Origin: Nemertoderma westbladi
Lineage: Eukaryota; Animalia; Xenacoelomorpha
Direction: 5' to 3'
DNA: 45,857 nt
Assembly (NCBI GenBank): GCA_032718475.1
Contig: JAUCBJ010007059.1
Location: 1-45,857 of the forward strand
Part shown: piece by piece, positions 21,328-34,799 of the stretch
Position numbering within the stretch: the first letter of the stretch is position 1
How the letters are laid out: each line of letters starts with the position of its first letter
Translations under genes and position numbers: made by a program
The notes under the pieces: model-generated
Database searches by the model: none
Seen by the model: the letters and a program-made list of their open reading frames with translations, nothing else
Told to the model about the DNA's origin: nothing

Positions 21328-24024
21328 TGTAGCGGTTGGCTACTTAACTTCGAATTAAAAACTAAATACCGATAAAACTTCATATATTTGACCAATATAC
21401 TTTCAGTTTCGACTGGTCAGTGCTGTCCTGCCGTACCGCTATACAGGTACCACTTTTTGTCTGTTACTGCCTGACTCTCCTGTAGTGCCACCGGTACTGC
21501 AGTTTAACAGGCTACTCCGACATTTGATTATTATAATATATTTAAACTATTTTTATATTACAATGGGAAGCGGAGATATACCGCTTCATTGGTGACCCGG
21601 ACACACACAACCGCATGTTGTGTGTGTTTAGCGAGTGAGCTATCGCGATGGCCGAGGAACACAACACCGACGTCAATGCAGTTTCCTTCAAGTTACCTCA
21701 GTTTTGGGCGAATAACGATGCGGTTTTGTTTACTCAGGTGGAGGCCCAGTTCACCATACGCAGGATCTCCAACGACTCAACTAAATAGTTTTATGTTGTC
21801 GCTCCCCTCGATCAGTCTACAGCAGCTCATCTCATAGACACTCTTACTTCCCCTCCTGTCACTGGTCGGTATGATGATATTAAAGCTCGACTTCTTGGTA
21901 CCTTCTCCCTCAGTCATCGCGAGCTAGCTGCCAAACTCCTTCACATCCACGGTCTCGGCAAACGGAAACTGTCGCAACTCATGGATGAGATGCTCGCACT
22001 GCTCGGCGGACATCAACCATGTCTCCTGTTTGAGCAACTTTTCCTCGAGCAGCTTCCAAACGATATTCGGATGCAGCTCTCTGATGCTTCCTTTACCGAT
22101 CCTCGTGCACTCGCAGCTACTGCGGACGTTATTTTGTTAGCCAAACAACAGGGAATGGCACATATAAACCATATAAGCCATATAAACAAACTGTATACTC
22201 CCCGTCCGGTCCCGGTCCAAAACCAAGCGAAACTGTCACTCCTGCTCGCTCCGCAACAACCAACTCAAACTCATCTGATAGTAAACTTTGCTACTACCAC
22301 ACACGTTTTGGTAGTGCTGCACGTCGCTGCCAACCCACGTGCGCGTACCAGGGAAATGTGCAGACCAGCCGACATTAACCGCTGCGTCGGCTGGTCCAAC
22401 AGCAAGGCGGGAACATCTCTTCTATGTGAGAGACCAGAAGTCAGGGTGTCAGTTCCTTGTTGACACCAGTGCACAAGTCAGCGTTTTCCCTGCCAACAGT
22501 TCCGACACTCGCTCCGGCTCATCAGGCCCGTGTCTACTAGCAGTCAACGGCTCATCTATTCATTCCTACAGTACCCGTGGGCTATGCCTCAACTTCAATG
22601 GTTACAGGTTTACCTGGGATTTTGTTATCGCAGACGTTCCCCAGCCGCTGCTTGGGGCTGACTTTCTCTGTGATAATTCCCTCCTTGTAGACTTGAAGGG
22701 GCAGCGGTTCATCGAAATTGAGTCGTTTCAACCGATTCATCTACGTCGCTCAAGTTACTCGACAATGCACCAGTTTATCTATTCGAATTCCCCAACATCA
22801 CCACCCCAACTTTCTCTCAGCCGACTGCCCGCCATGGAGTCGAGCACTTCATCCCGAACTCCGGACTCCCGGTACACGGACGGGCACGCCGACTTCCACC
22901 CAATAAGTTGGAGTTGGCTAAGGAGGAATACCACCAGATGGAAACCATGGGGATTATATGGCGTTCCAATAGTCCCTGGTCCTACCCGCTTCAAATGGCA
23001 CCAAAACCATCTGGAGGATGGCGACCCTGTAGAGACAACCATCTGCTTAACGACGCGACCACTCCAGACAGATACCCAGTCCCACACATACAGGACTTAT
23101 CTGCGTGCCACGTGGGGGCAATGATTTTCTTGAAAGTCAACCTGGTAGATTCCTGGTCCATTCCAACGACATTCCAAAGACCGCCATCATAACTCCCTTT
23201 GGTCTTTTCGAGTTTATACGCATGCCCTTCTGTCTAAAAAAGGCCGCACAAGCATTCCAATGTCTAATGGACAACGTTTGTGCTGGACTGGATTTTGCAT
23301 TTTGCATTTAAACTGCTCCTCAGCCGAGTTGGTTTACGGTGCCCCTCTCACGGTCCCAGGCGACTTTATTGCCTCTTCATCTGATTAACCGACATCACTG
23401 GCCTTCCTACCAGACGTCCAGACGCACGCACGCCAGTTTGTCCAACACCGACTTCTCACCACGCGTTACCTAAATCCTCCGTTCCGTCGCAATTATCCAC
23501 CAGCCTTTATGTTTTGAACGTCACGATTCCCATCGCACTCCTTTACAGAGACCCTATGACAGCCCCTTTGAAGTCATTGAGACTGGTCTTAAGACATTTA
23601 AAATTGCATATGGTAGCCTCAAGCCAGCTCATCTAGACATCGACCAACCTGTGGATGGGGCTGAACCCCCATGACGTGGACGACCACCCGGATGCCCCCT
23701 AGTGGACACGCAAGTGAAACATACCATGCGTCCACCTCGCCCCCTAAGCGACAAGAAACATTCGATATTTACTAGGAGTGGCCGTACAATCCGCCCTCCA
23801 GATTATCTATAGTTTTTATTTTTTGGTTCTGGGGGGAGCTCTGTAGCGGTTGGCTACTTAACTTCGAACAAAAAATTAAATATCGAAAAAAACTTCATAT
23901 ATTTGACCAATATACTTTCAGTTTTGACTGGTCAGTGTTGTCCTGCCATACCACTGTACAGGTACCACTTTTTGTCTGTTACTGCCTGACACTCCTGCAG
24001 TGCTACCGGTACTGCAGTTTAACA
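21328..24024 (+). mobile_element. Internally deleted Ty3/Gypsy element (CsRn1/Kabuki-like); 5' LTR 21328-21588, truncated 3' LTR 23842-24024
   Basis: LTR TGTAGCGG...CCGCTTCA; PBS TGGTGACCC (tRNA-Trp-like); PPT GGGGGGAG; gag VSFKLPQFW...QVEAQF; PR FLVDTSAQVS; RT SPWSYPLQM, DRYPVPHI, KTAIITPFGLFEF; jumps at ~23311 to the integrase tail SSAELVYG...PGDF. Confidence 0.92.
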
Positions 24025-24025
24025 A

Positions 24026-25078
24026 TTGTTTGTGGCTTGTTGTTCGTTGTTGCTCATTGTTGTACGTTGTTGTTCGATGTTGAACTTTAATATTGCTTGT
24101 TATTGCTCATTGTTGCTCGTTGTTGCTCATTGTTGCTCGTTGTTGCTCATTGTTGTACGTTGGTGCTCATTGTTGTACGTTTTTGCTCGTTGTTGTACTT
24201 TATTATTGCTTGTTATTGCTCATTGTTGCTCGTTGTTGCTCATTGTTGTTCATTGTTGCTCGTTGTTGCTCATTATTGTTCGTTGTTGCTCATTGTTGCT
24301 CGTTGTTGCTCGTGGTTGTACTTTATTATTGCTCGTTGTTGCTCATTGTTGCTCGTTGTTGGTCATTGTTGCTCGTTGTTGCTCATTATAGCTCATTGTT
24401 GCTCGTTGTTGCTCATTGTTGCTCGTTGTTGCTCATTATTGTTCGTTGTTGCTCATTGTTGCTCGTTATTGTACTTTATTATTGCTTGTTGTTGCTCATT
24501 GTTGCTCATTCATTGTTGCTCATTGTTGCTCGTTGTTGCTCATTATTGTTCGTTGTTGCTCATTGTTGCTCGTTGTTGCTCGTGGTTGTACTTTATTATT
24601 GCTCATTGTTGCTCATTGTTGGTCATTGTTGCTCGTTGTTGCTCATTATAGCTCAGTGTTGCTCGTTGTTGGTCATTGTTGCTCGTTGTTGCTCATTATT
24701 GTTCGTTGTTGCTCATTGTTGCTCGTTATTGTACTTTATTATTGCTTGTTGTTGCTCATTGTTGCTCATTATTGTTCGTTGTTGGTCATTGTTGCTCGTT
24801 GTTGCTCATTATAGCTCATTGTTGCTCGTTGTTGCTCATTGTTGCTCGTTGTTGCTCATTATTGTTCGTTGTTGCTCATTGTTGCTCGTTATTGTACTTT
24901 ATTATTGCTTGTTGTTGCTCATTGTTGCTCGTTGTTGCTCATTGTTGCTCGTTGTTGCTCATTATTGTTCGTTGTTGCTCATTGTTGCTCGTTATTGTAC
25001 TTTATTATTGCTTGTTGTTGCTCATTGTTGCTCGTTGTTGCTCGTTGTTACTCATTGTTGCTCATAGTTGCTCGTTGT
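24026..25078 (-). repeat. 10-bp satellite ([A/G]TTGTTGCTC)n, right arm, with higher-order variants
   Basis: Reverse complement of the left-arm unit; recurring gtactttattatt variant blocks. Confidence 0.97.
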
Positions 25079-25524
25079 GCATTTTAGCACCTACCATTCG
25101 AATGACTTTACAAAACTCTGAAACTCGGGGAAACAAATCTAATTGGCTGGGGTAAATCTTTTCGACCTACGCATAGGCCTATGCGTAGTTTGTAGGAATC
25201 GGTGGCTCACTTGCTGTGGCTCACTCACACTGCTGTAGTGTTATTATTTATTAGTTGATTGATTGTTATTATTTGGTGTGGTGCCTTTTGTTTGAGATTG
25301 GTTTTGTGTGATTCAGCTGGGTTGGAGAAATAGCTGATTGTATGTGTGAGGGTATGTGTGGATGAAGGAGAGAGGGGAGGAGTTCAGAAGGTTAGGTGAA
25401 TTGGTGAAGGGTTGATTAAAAAGTTATTTAATGTGCTATTTTATATATTATTTTGATATTGACTTAAGATTTTAGCGATTTAGATATTATCTTGGTGTTT
25501 TCTCTTTTACAAGCTATCACCGCA

Positions 25525-28326
25525 ATGTCTCTCAAATTGAGTCAAGTTATTAAACCGTTTGGTGGTGATGATAAAACTGTCGATTTCAGTGAGTGGTTGA
25601 AAAAGTTCAATTTGGTGGCCAAAACTCAAAAATGGGTAGAACTGCATAATCATCTCCCATTGTTATTAGAAAAAGCTGCGTTCATGATATATGATCAACT
25701 TTCTGATGATGTCAAAGAAAACTATGATTTGATCAGTTGCATTCTCACTAACTCCAACACAGGCCTACTCTGAGTTTGTGAAACGGGTGTGGTCCCCAGA
25801 CGAGACCGTAGAAGTGTATCTATCAGACCTTAAACGTTTGATAGTATTGACTGGAATTAAACCATCTGATTTAGAACGAATGATGCCAATCGTAAAGTGC
25901 CTGTTTTTAAATGGCTTGCCAGAAGATGTAAGTAGCCAGTTAGTTACTATGACAGCGGCAGAAGACGTAATGACATTGGAAGAGTTGATAGTAAAGGCAA
26001 GACGAGTTATCGTAGATCGAAGAGCCAATGCGAGTTGCAACAGCGGTAGTCTAATTGGAGCTGTAGGCGGGGCTCCATGATAGATAAACCAGTCGAACAG
26101 TAACGATCCAAGTAGACCCATTGCTCGAAATTCATCTACATTCCTTTGCTTTAATTGTGGCAAAGCAGGGCATATTGCGTCTCAGTGTAGAGGAGAGAGA
26201 AAAACAGTCCAATGTTATCGATGTTCCAGATATGGCCACATGGCAAAGAATTGTGGAACGAAAGAGACGGGAAACAGGAGTGGGGGATTGTAGGTGTTGC
26301 TGCGCTACCTTCCTCCAAGAACATCAGCTTACTAAAGTGTGCAGTGAAAATTTCCATACCTGACAACGAAACTGCAGCTAAGTATATTGTAAGATTGAGT
26401 AAGATAGAGTATATGTAAGATTGGTATAGATTCATACGGTTCTCAATCTATTAGTTCCTCAGGTTTTTTGTACAGTAAAGCAATGTTTGTTTTTTCGAAT
26501 GTTTATTCGAAAACGTTTATGATGTTAAACGGTACAAATATCCAAACTGTTGGTAAAGTTTGTATTTGTTTGTATGAGTTACCAGGAATTAGTAATAGTG
26601 TTCTTATAGACATGTAAATGTAGTATATGGTTAGTGAATGGTTGTGACATATTTGGCGTAGATTTGTTTCATGGTATAGATGCTATTGTGCAGTTGGGGG
26701 GTATCCAAATATGTTCGAATCTTAATAAAACTGTGTCTTCTGTGGTATTCCTAAATTCCGGAATAAATGTAATAAATGATGTTTGTGGTACGATTGCATC
26801 TACATGTGAAGACGACATTACAAACAACAAACTGATTTCCAATGATGATAAATGTACAATGAAATTACATAAATACAATAGTGTTAGTCCTACCTGCCTT
26901 TTGAATAACGATAATATCAAACCAAATGTGCATAAACTAAATTCAACAACCGCTAAATTTCACGAACATGAAAATGGGGATGTTACTATCACTGAGAGTG
27001 ATTTTATTGTGAAATTTGAATTCAAGAAGAAGCATTGGGTATTAGAATGGGTGTGGAAAAATAACATTCCCCCGAACCACAAAATCGGCAGTGGTATTGG
27101 GGATTATGGAATAAAATTAGATAATGCACATACACAAATGTTTGACAAGAAAATTGAAGGGTGTTTGGAAAACGAATTCATCGTTAAATATAATCCAATT
27201 CTTCATGGTCAAGTACAATGTGTATTACCATTAATGCCTGTGATTCAAGATGATAAAGTCACTACACTGGTTAGGCCGGTTTTGGATTATTCATTATTAA
27301 ACAAATGTATGGTGAGCTTTCCTGGTCCAAATATGGCTGTTTGTAATGAGAAACAACGTAAGTGGAGACAGTGGTCTAATAACTGTAAGCTTGTTGACAT
27401 CAAAAAGGCGTACTTGCAAATACATGTTGCCCCCAATTTATTGAAATATCAGGCAACAAGGATGGGATTCGGCTTGGAAAAACTCCCCGCAAGGTGCTGG
27501 AGACCATAGTGGAATTTGTATTTGGTGTGTTCCATTTTCCATCGAGTGGAGTAGATTATTATATAGATGATATTGACTGTGACGAGAATTTTATTTCAGT
27601 TAGTTCTGTTCAGAATACACTAAATGTTTATGGATTAGAAACAAAACCGCCTGTCAGTATTATAGACAACTCTATTCTGGGTTTACATATATTTACCCAT
27701 AAAAGTGAACTTAACTGGTGTCGACAAGATAAAGGCGACCTTACACCTCAATTGCCCAAAATGACTCGACGTGAATTACATTCATGGAGCGGGAGATTAA
27801 TCGGTCTGTTTCCAGTGTGTGGCTGGTAAAGACTACCTTGTAGCTAGATGAAACGTCAGTGAACGTATGGTTGGGATTCTGATGTGGATCCATGGATTTT
27901 GAATTTAGTAACTGAAACATGGAATAAGGTATGTACTGTACAAAGGATCCGGTACATGGTGTTTGGAGAGTGGATACAATGTCCTGGCAACTGTTTAAAA
28001 ATTTCAACATCAACATAGGTCGCAGTGCAGTGAGACACCCAGAGAGCCAAGGCGCTGTGGAGAGGTTCCACAGGACGTTTCTGACATTAGTTCGCAAAAC
28101 ATTGGATGGAAATGATAACTGGGCATTGAAGTTAGATGTTTTGATACATTTATATCGCCATAGACCAACTACAACAACAAAGATTAGCCCAATGAAAGCA
28201 ATGTGTAGGTGGGAGTGGGGTGACAGAGATGGTGTTATAGGAAAACCGTTAAGCAGGGATCCCAAACTAGTTGATTATCTTGAAGATTGTTTGTCCAAAC
28301 TTGACACAGTGGATCTAAGTGGATAA
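25525..28326 (+). pseudogene. gag-pol remnants of the outer LTR element (Gag with 2 CCHC, atypical RT, partial integrase; RNase H region deleted)
   Basis: IKPFGG...DFSEWLKKF; ETVEVYLSDLKRL; CFNCGKAGHIASQC; CYRCSRYGHMAKNC; LPLMPV...VRPVLDY..LN; DIKKAYLQI; RMGFGL; YYIDDI; HPESQGAVERFHRT. Confidence 0.88.
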
Positions 28327-29513
28327 GAGGGTTTCCTGCTGACATGTCCTACCAAACTTAGCTCCTATATAATTACTGAATTATAATGCATGTTTACCGG
28401 TATCGGTACCACTTGCATTATCATATATTTAGCGTTGATTCGAAATGGCGGATTCCACTCCCGATAATAATAGAGGGAGACGCGGGTCGATTTTATCAGG
28501 CCCTGAAGAAGAGCTGATGGCAGTGAATAGATCAGGTACACCAACAATTCCCGATAGATCTGGAATTGTTATCATTGATAGCTGCCTTTCGCTAATGGTA
28601 CAGGGACTGTCGTCAAACCTATCTAGTACTGTGCTAGAAGGTTGTCTGTCGAGGTTTACCCCAGAAGAAATTCTTGTTGCTAAGGATAAGTTGTTTAAAG
28701 GGTGCGGGTTTGATCCAATTGAAAGAAGGGACTCAGTGGGACGTACAGTGGAGTGGCGAAGGCGAATGCCATTGATATTCAGGAGAAACTGCATTCAATG
28801 GACCTATGGATCCATTCCAGTCATAGCTATTACAGCACTCGAGGCTTTGTCATTGCCAAATCTGACGAAATCTGCAACTAAAGATAGGTCTAGTAGTACA
28901 GAGTCAAACACTAGATTCTCGTTATTGGAGGACAAATTTTGAGCAATGTATTCGGGCGATGTGAGTTGATCTTGGTGATAGAATGAAATCAATAGAGACC
29001 AAGTTAATTCAAGTCAGCACAAAGCAATCAGATTCTGTTAACTGGAATGGCACTGGGCTTACCCTAGGACATCCCCCTGTGGCCGGGTTGGACAGGCCTT
29101 CCATACCGAGATGCGTTGGTCAACTCAAACATCGGTAGAGTATCATCCGTCGCGTGTTGTACAGACAAATCCCGCGTCGTGTCCGCCCAGGACTCCCATC
29201 CTAAAGCTGTTCCACGGCGTTCCTTCTCGCCGGTACAACAGAAACCTACATCAACCAAGCCTTCAAGTTCCAGCTTATTGAGAAACAACCAATTCTTCCA
29301 TATTTCCACGCCGCCAATAGCGGGAGTGGGAGCCGATGGGCAAGGAAGTTTGAAACGCTGAAGATACCGATCTACTGGAGATAATGGAATTGTGACTCCC
29401 ATTCCAGGTACACCAGACACAGACGTCCGTCATATACCGGTACCCAGACAGACAGACGTGGATGGGTTGATTCGGGTTCCGGAACATAAACCATGGCGAC
29501 ATGTGGTCGGTAC

Positions 29514-32500
29514 TGTGGTAGTAAGTACTACAGTACATGGCCTTATCTGCATATGGCTTATTATTATTATGGATATAGCCTAGGGTACCGGTTAGGACAG
29601 TATTGTGATTAGGTGTTGGGGAGTGCAGTACTGTTGCTTAGGTATCGGTACTGATGTGTACAGGTGCCACATATTTACTACAGCTATATAGCTGGGTTAT
29701 AGCTACATTATATATATATCATATTATTACTATATGGTTGTTGTTCATATCTACGCCATGGCGACGAGGATGGGATCAGGAAATACATGTAGGGTATGGT
29801 AACAATAGTTAAGGAGGAAGATAATAATACCAGTACAGTTAGGAATACAATGGCTGATTCGCAACGTAACTTGGATCCACAAATACTAACGGTAAAGCAA
29901 TTGGGTAAACCATTCGATATAAATTGCGATGATTTCCTATTATGGCGGGCGACATACAAGGCCTATGAAGGAATTACCGGATTCGATCGTTTATTAACCA
30001 AACCGCCCAATGCAGCTACTGGTGCTGCAGATGATCCCGAATTTCTCGCTGCAGATAAGAAACTTAGATTTAATACACTACTAGCATCAGTTGCAAACTG
30101 TCAAGATACTGTGCGTGTTATGCTTCAGATAAATAAACGCTTGAATGCTAATGATAAAAATAATGTCGATAATATCCTAAATGCACTAGCTATCCACATT
30201 CAAGGCGGTACTAATCACCGCATTTATCGCAAACAGCGATTTGAACGTCGGCAGCAAGATAATGAAACTTTTGCTGACTATTTAATTGTTATGCGGACAT
30301 TATTAGAGAAATGCGGGTACAGTGATGAAAAGGGAAATATTGAAGATAATCGATTGTTAGACTCACTTATTTTAAATGTAAACAATAATGAAGCTCGTAA
30401 AAGACTTTTGGAAAAGGGGCTCGATCTAACTCTTGATGATGCCATCAAAGTCATTGAGAGCATTGAAGCAGGAAAAACTGATAGTGCCACTATTCAGGGT
30501 TCATTGATTGATTGCCCAGGTACCCGGATCTGTCGGGTACAAATGGCTGGACAACATCGACCACGGCTGCCTGGAACAGGCCCAACACAATTTTATGCAA
30601 CAACTGGGGTCTATCAACCTCAACGTTTTATGGGACCTTCCACTGGTCAAGGTCGAAGTATTTATAATCAAAGGCCCACTCAATATCTCCAACCACGCAG
30701 GCCTACCCAATTTCAGACTAACAAACCAATGGGTTTCTCCAATGCATGTCATTTGTGTGGATTCGAACGCCATTCTACCAACAATTGTCCTGCAAATGGG
30801 AAAACATGTACTAATTGTGGACGACTCAACCATTTTAGTCGTATGTGTAAAAATCGCCAACCACAATCACGTTATATCCAACATGTTTCTGACATAGCTG
30901 TAGACAATGCAATGTATTTAGACCAAAATGAAATAGCGCAATTAAACATAGAATATGTTGATGGCGAACAACAACAGAGTACCTACAGTGATAATAATTC
31001 CTACAGTGATATGAATTGCTATGATACTGAATCCTACGATAATTTTGATCATGAAAATTATGATTATAATTTTATAAACACACTTATTGCACGTGCTTCA
31101 GTTGGTACCAATAACAATCTCATACGTGTCAAGGCGTTTATTAGTGGGGGGGGGGGGGGGGGGGGGGGGGCATGAAAAACTTCACAAACCCAACAGAACC
31201 CATATACTTACATTGGCTTCCAGACACTGGGGCAAATGTTACTGCCATACCTAGTAATTTATTTGTTGCTAATTTTGGATGTGTTGAACTTTTAACTCCT
31301 TCATCAGATCCGCAGACAGCTGCTGGATCTGGATTACGTTCTATTGGTTCATTCCAGGGTACCATCTACATGGGCTCATGACAAGTAACTCTTAACATAT
31401 TGGTATTGCATAAACTAGTTAGCCCAATATTGTCTTGAGATGTTTGTATTGGTTTGGGGCTCTTACCAGCAGGATTTCCTCAACAAATTTTCATGTGCCA
31501 AACCAACAATGAATCATCAAATTTACCAATGGTTTCAACAACTACCAGGCCAAATAATTTAGCTGAAGTTTGGAATGTATTTTCTAATAAATATGTAACA
31601 TTATTTGATGGCAAAATCCGTTGTATGGTTGGAGCTCCAGCTAAGCTGATTCTTCGTGACGATTTAAAGCCAACAAGAATTACAACTCCACGCAAAGTTC
31701 AAAGTTCCAATTCCATTAGAAGATGCTGTAAATCGTGAACTAGACACACTTATTAAAAACAAAATAATTGAACCTGACAATGGTTACGGTGAGTGGATTT
31801 CACCCATGGTTGCAGTTCCAAAGAAGTCTCTACCAGGTCAAGAAACACGTGCTCGGATAACTGTCGACTATCGAGGCTTAAATAGAGCTTTAATACGCCC
31901 TGTATTTCAGAATCCAGCGCCTAAAGATGTAGTTTCAACTATTCCTGCTTCGGCGAAGGTATTTACTGTAATTGATGGCTTGAGTGGATTTTTCCAAGTA
32001 CCATTAGCACCTGAATCTAGAAAATATACAACTTTCATAACGCCTCGTGGTCGATTTAGGTACCTCCGAGTTCCACAAGGCCTTAGCACTTCCAATGATG
32101 AGTTTACTAGTAGAATGTTCAATGCAATGAATTCTATGTCTTGTGTTAAACTTATTGTTGAAGACATACTAATTTTCTCAAACACGGTGGAACAACATAT
32201 TAAAGATGTTGACATTGTGCTACAGAAATGCATTGACTTTGGTATTTCACTGAACAAATCCAAAGTCCAATTTGCTAAACCTCAAGTATTGTTTGGTGGC
32301 TTTAGTATCACTCATGGTTCTTTTTGTATTGATCCCAATTTAACCAATGATATTCGTGAATTCCCATCGCCTCGAAATCGTAAAGAATTGAAATCATTCT
32401 TTGGATTAGTGAATCAAGTTGGTGATTTTGACTCAACATTGATGCAGATGCTTGAACCACTGCGCCATTTGGATCGCAATAATGTAGTTTTCCAATGGTA

Positions 32501-34799
32501 TGAAGATCATCAATTAGTATTTGATCGTGCTCGTACATTACTCAGTACAGGGAAATATCTTTCATACTACAATCCCAACTTTCCAACCCGACTATACACT
32601 GATGCATCAAAGGAGGGGGGTCTTGGCTTTGCATTGATGCAATATAATGGTGATAGGTGGCACACAGTTCAATGTGGTTCACGCCGTTTGACAAAAAGTG
32701 AACATTCTTGGGGAATCATAGAGTTAGAGGCATTAGCAGTTTGTTGGGCTGTAGCGATAAAATGTCGCTTGAAATTAGATGGCCTCCGTGAATTTGATGT
32801 TTACACTGATCACTTACCCCTTATATCGATCTTTAACAGACAAACATTAAATGATGTCGACAATATACGACTGTTGAAAATCAAAACTAAACTTAATAGA
32901 TTTAATATGAATGTAGTTCATATTGCAGGTACCCGAAACCTATGCGCTGATGCTCTGAGTCGTATTACAAGATATGATCCATCTCCTGAAGATATCAGTG
33001 TATCTGATGATACTGAAATCGATGCGTGTATTATAACGGCATTAGCCTCCAGTGAATTGCAGGTTGTCTATGCTTGTTCTAGTGAATGTGGACCGTCAAT
33101 GGATAAGCAAATTGAACTATTGAAAACTTCTGCAGACAATGATATGGAATATATGAAATTAAAGTCCCTATTGCTGGGAGAAGGCTTTCCAATCCATAAG
33201 TCGCAACTTGATATTGATTTACGTCCTTATTGGACTCGTTATAGCCTATTATTGGATGCTGATGGTTTAATTCTTAAAGGGCATTGTTTACTAATTCCCA
33301 AAGATGAACGTCCCAGCATTTTGGAAGCCCTTCATATTGGGCACCAAGGGCAAACCCGCACTCTGGCTAATGCTGATTCTTCTGTTTGGTGGCCAACAAT
33401 TCGACGTGACATAGCACAGAAAATTGAAAACTGCCGTTGCTCTACTTACCAATTATCGCAGCGCGCTGAACCATTACACCGGGAACAACGTGAACGTGAA
33501 ACAATTGCAATGCAAATTTTACATGCTGACCTTGGAGATGTGGCTGGAAAGAAGTATCTAGTTGTCGCTGATGAACATACTGGATGGATCTTTATCAAAG
33601 AATGATACACAAAATGTATCACTAACCATCTACGAGAAATATTTCAACATTTTGGTCGCCCATTACAACTATATCATGATGGCGGGCCCCCATTTAATTC
33701 GAAATCATTTGAAGAATTTCTGTATGCATGGTTGATTACTGATAAAACGACATCTCCGAATTTACCTCATACAAATGGTCGCGCAGAAAATTATGTTAAA
33801 CAAGCGAAAAAACTAATAAAAAACTGCATTGATCTCAATGGTCAACTAAACCGTGATCAACTTGCACGTGGTCTAATTTCTCTCAATAACACTAATCGTG
33901 ATTCTGGATTAGCACCAGCAGAACTAATGTTTGGGAGACGATTATATGAAACTCTGCCACGTCATGAAATGGCATATGAAATTGATGATTTCACTTCTCC
34001 TACACGGAAACGAATGTCTGAAAACAATATTATGCTTCAGCGTGATCAATATGATTCTCATACACGGTTGTTACGTCCCTTGCATATTGGATGTCGTGTA
34101 ATAATACAAGACCCAAGAAGTAAACTTTGGAATTATAAAGGAACTGTTGACGAAATTCTAGAAAAACACGATTACATGGTGAAATTCGATAATGGTTCTT
34201 ATCTACGTCGTAATCGAGTATTTATGCGGCCAATTCAACCAATACCAATTGGTGGTGGACCTACCAACACGTCCATGGTGGTTCCAGTCCCCGACCCTAC
34301 TCGGCCACCCACGTCCACGACAGCCGCTGAGGTGGTCCCTCAATCCGTTACCATTCCAACAATGCGACGATACCCAATGCGTATTATTAAGCCAAATCCC
34401 CGATACATAGGAGAAGACTGGGTCGCCCATTGAGATGCATTCGCCCTAAGCGTAAACGCCTTTAAACTGAAAGTAAATTACTTAGGTTTTGATTAATTTT
34501 AGTATAACCTTTATAAGATACCTTATAAAATTATTGGGAAAGAGAGATGTGGTAGTAAGTACTACAGTACATGGCCTTATCTGCCTATGGCTTATTATTA
34601 TTATGGATATAGCCTAGGGTACCGGTTAGGACAGTATTGTGATTAGGTGTTGGGGAGTGCAGTACTGTTGCTTAGGTATCGGTACTGATGTGTACAGGTG
34701 CCACATATTTACTACAGCTATATAGCTGGGTTATAGCTACATTATATATATATCATATTATTACTATATGGTTGTTGTTCATTCTCAGTATCTACGCCA
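29514..34799 (+). mobile_element. Full-length Ty3/Gypsy element (Mag-like); LTRs 29514-29758 and 34548-34799; TSD GGTAC
   Basis: LTRs differ by one substitution and one 7-bp indel as read by eye; PBS TGGCGACGAGGATGGGAT (29759-29776, complementary to the tRNA-Ser(GCU) 3' end); PPT GGGAAAGAGAGA; GGTAC at 29509-29513 and 34800-34804. Confidence 0.97.
29796..34433 (+). pseudogene. Mag-like gag-pol with several stops and frameshifts
   Basis: Gag RRQQDNETFADY, CHLCG..HS..NCPA.GKTCTNCGRLNHFSRMC; PR DTGANVT; RT VDYRGLN, GFFQVPL, PQGLS, IVEDIL; RH YTDAS, ELEAL, TDHLPL; IN HIGHQG, DGGPPF, NGRAE. Breaks near 31146-31175, 31379, 31436, 31700-31740 and 33605. Confidence 0.93.

Larger units (their letters stand above)
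20546..25095. mobile_element. Foldback-type non-autonomous DNA element with long TIRs made of 10-bp tandem repeats
   Basis: Left end GGGTATGTGCTAAAATGCACAACGAGCAAC versus reverse complement of the right end GGTAGGTGCTAAAATGCACAACGAGCAAC; flanks gttcgaat / attcgaat (7/8 match, putative TSD). Confidence 0.8.

Noticed and set aside
20401-25155. Leu/Cys/Val-rich ORFs up to 324 aa
   Set aside because: These are translations of the 10-bp satellite in several frames.
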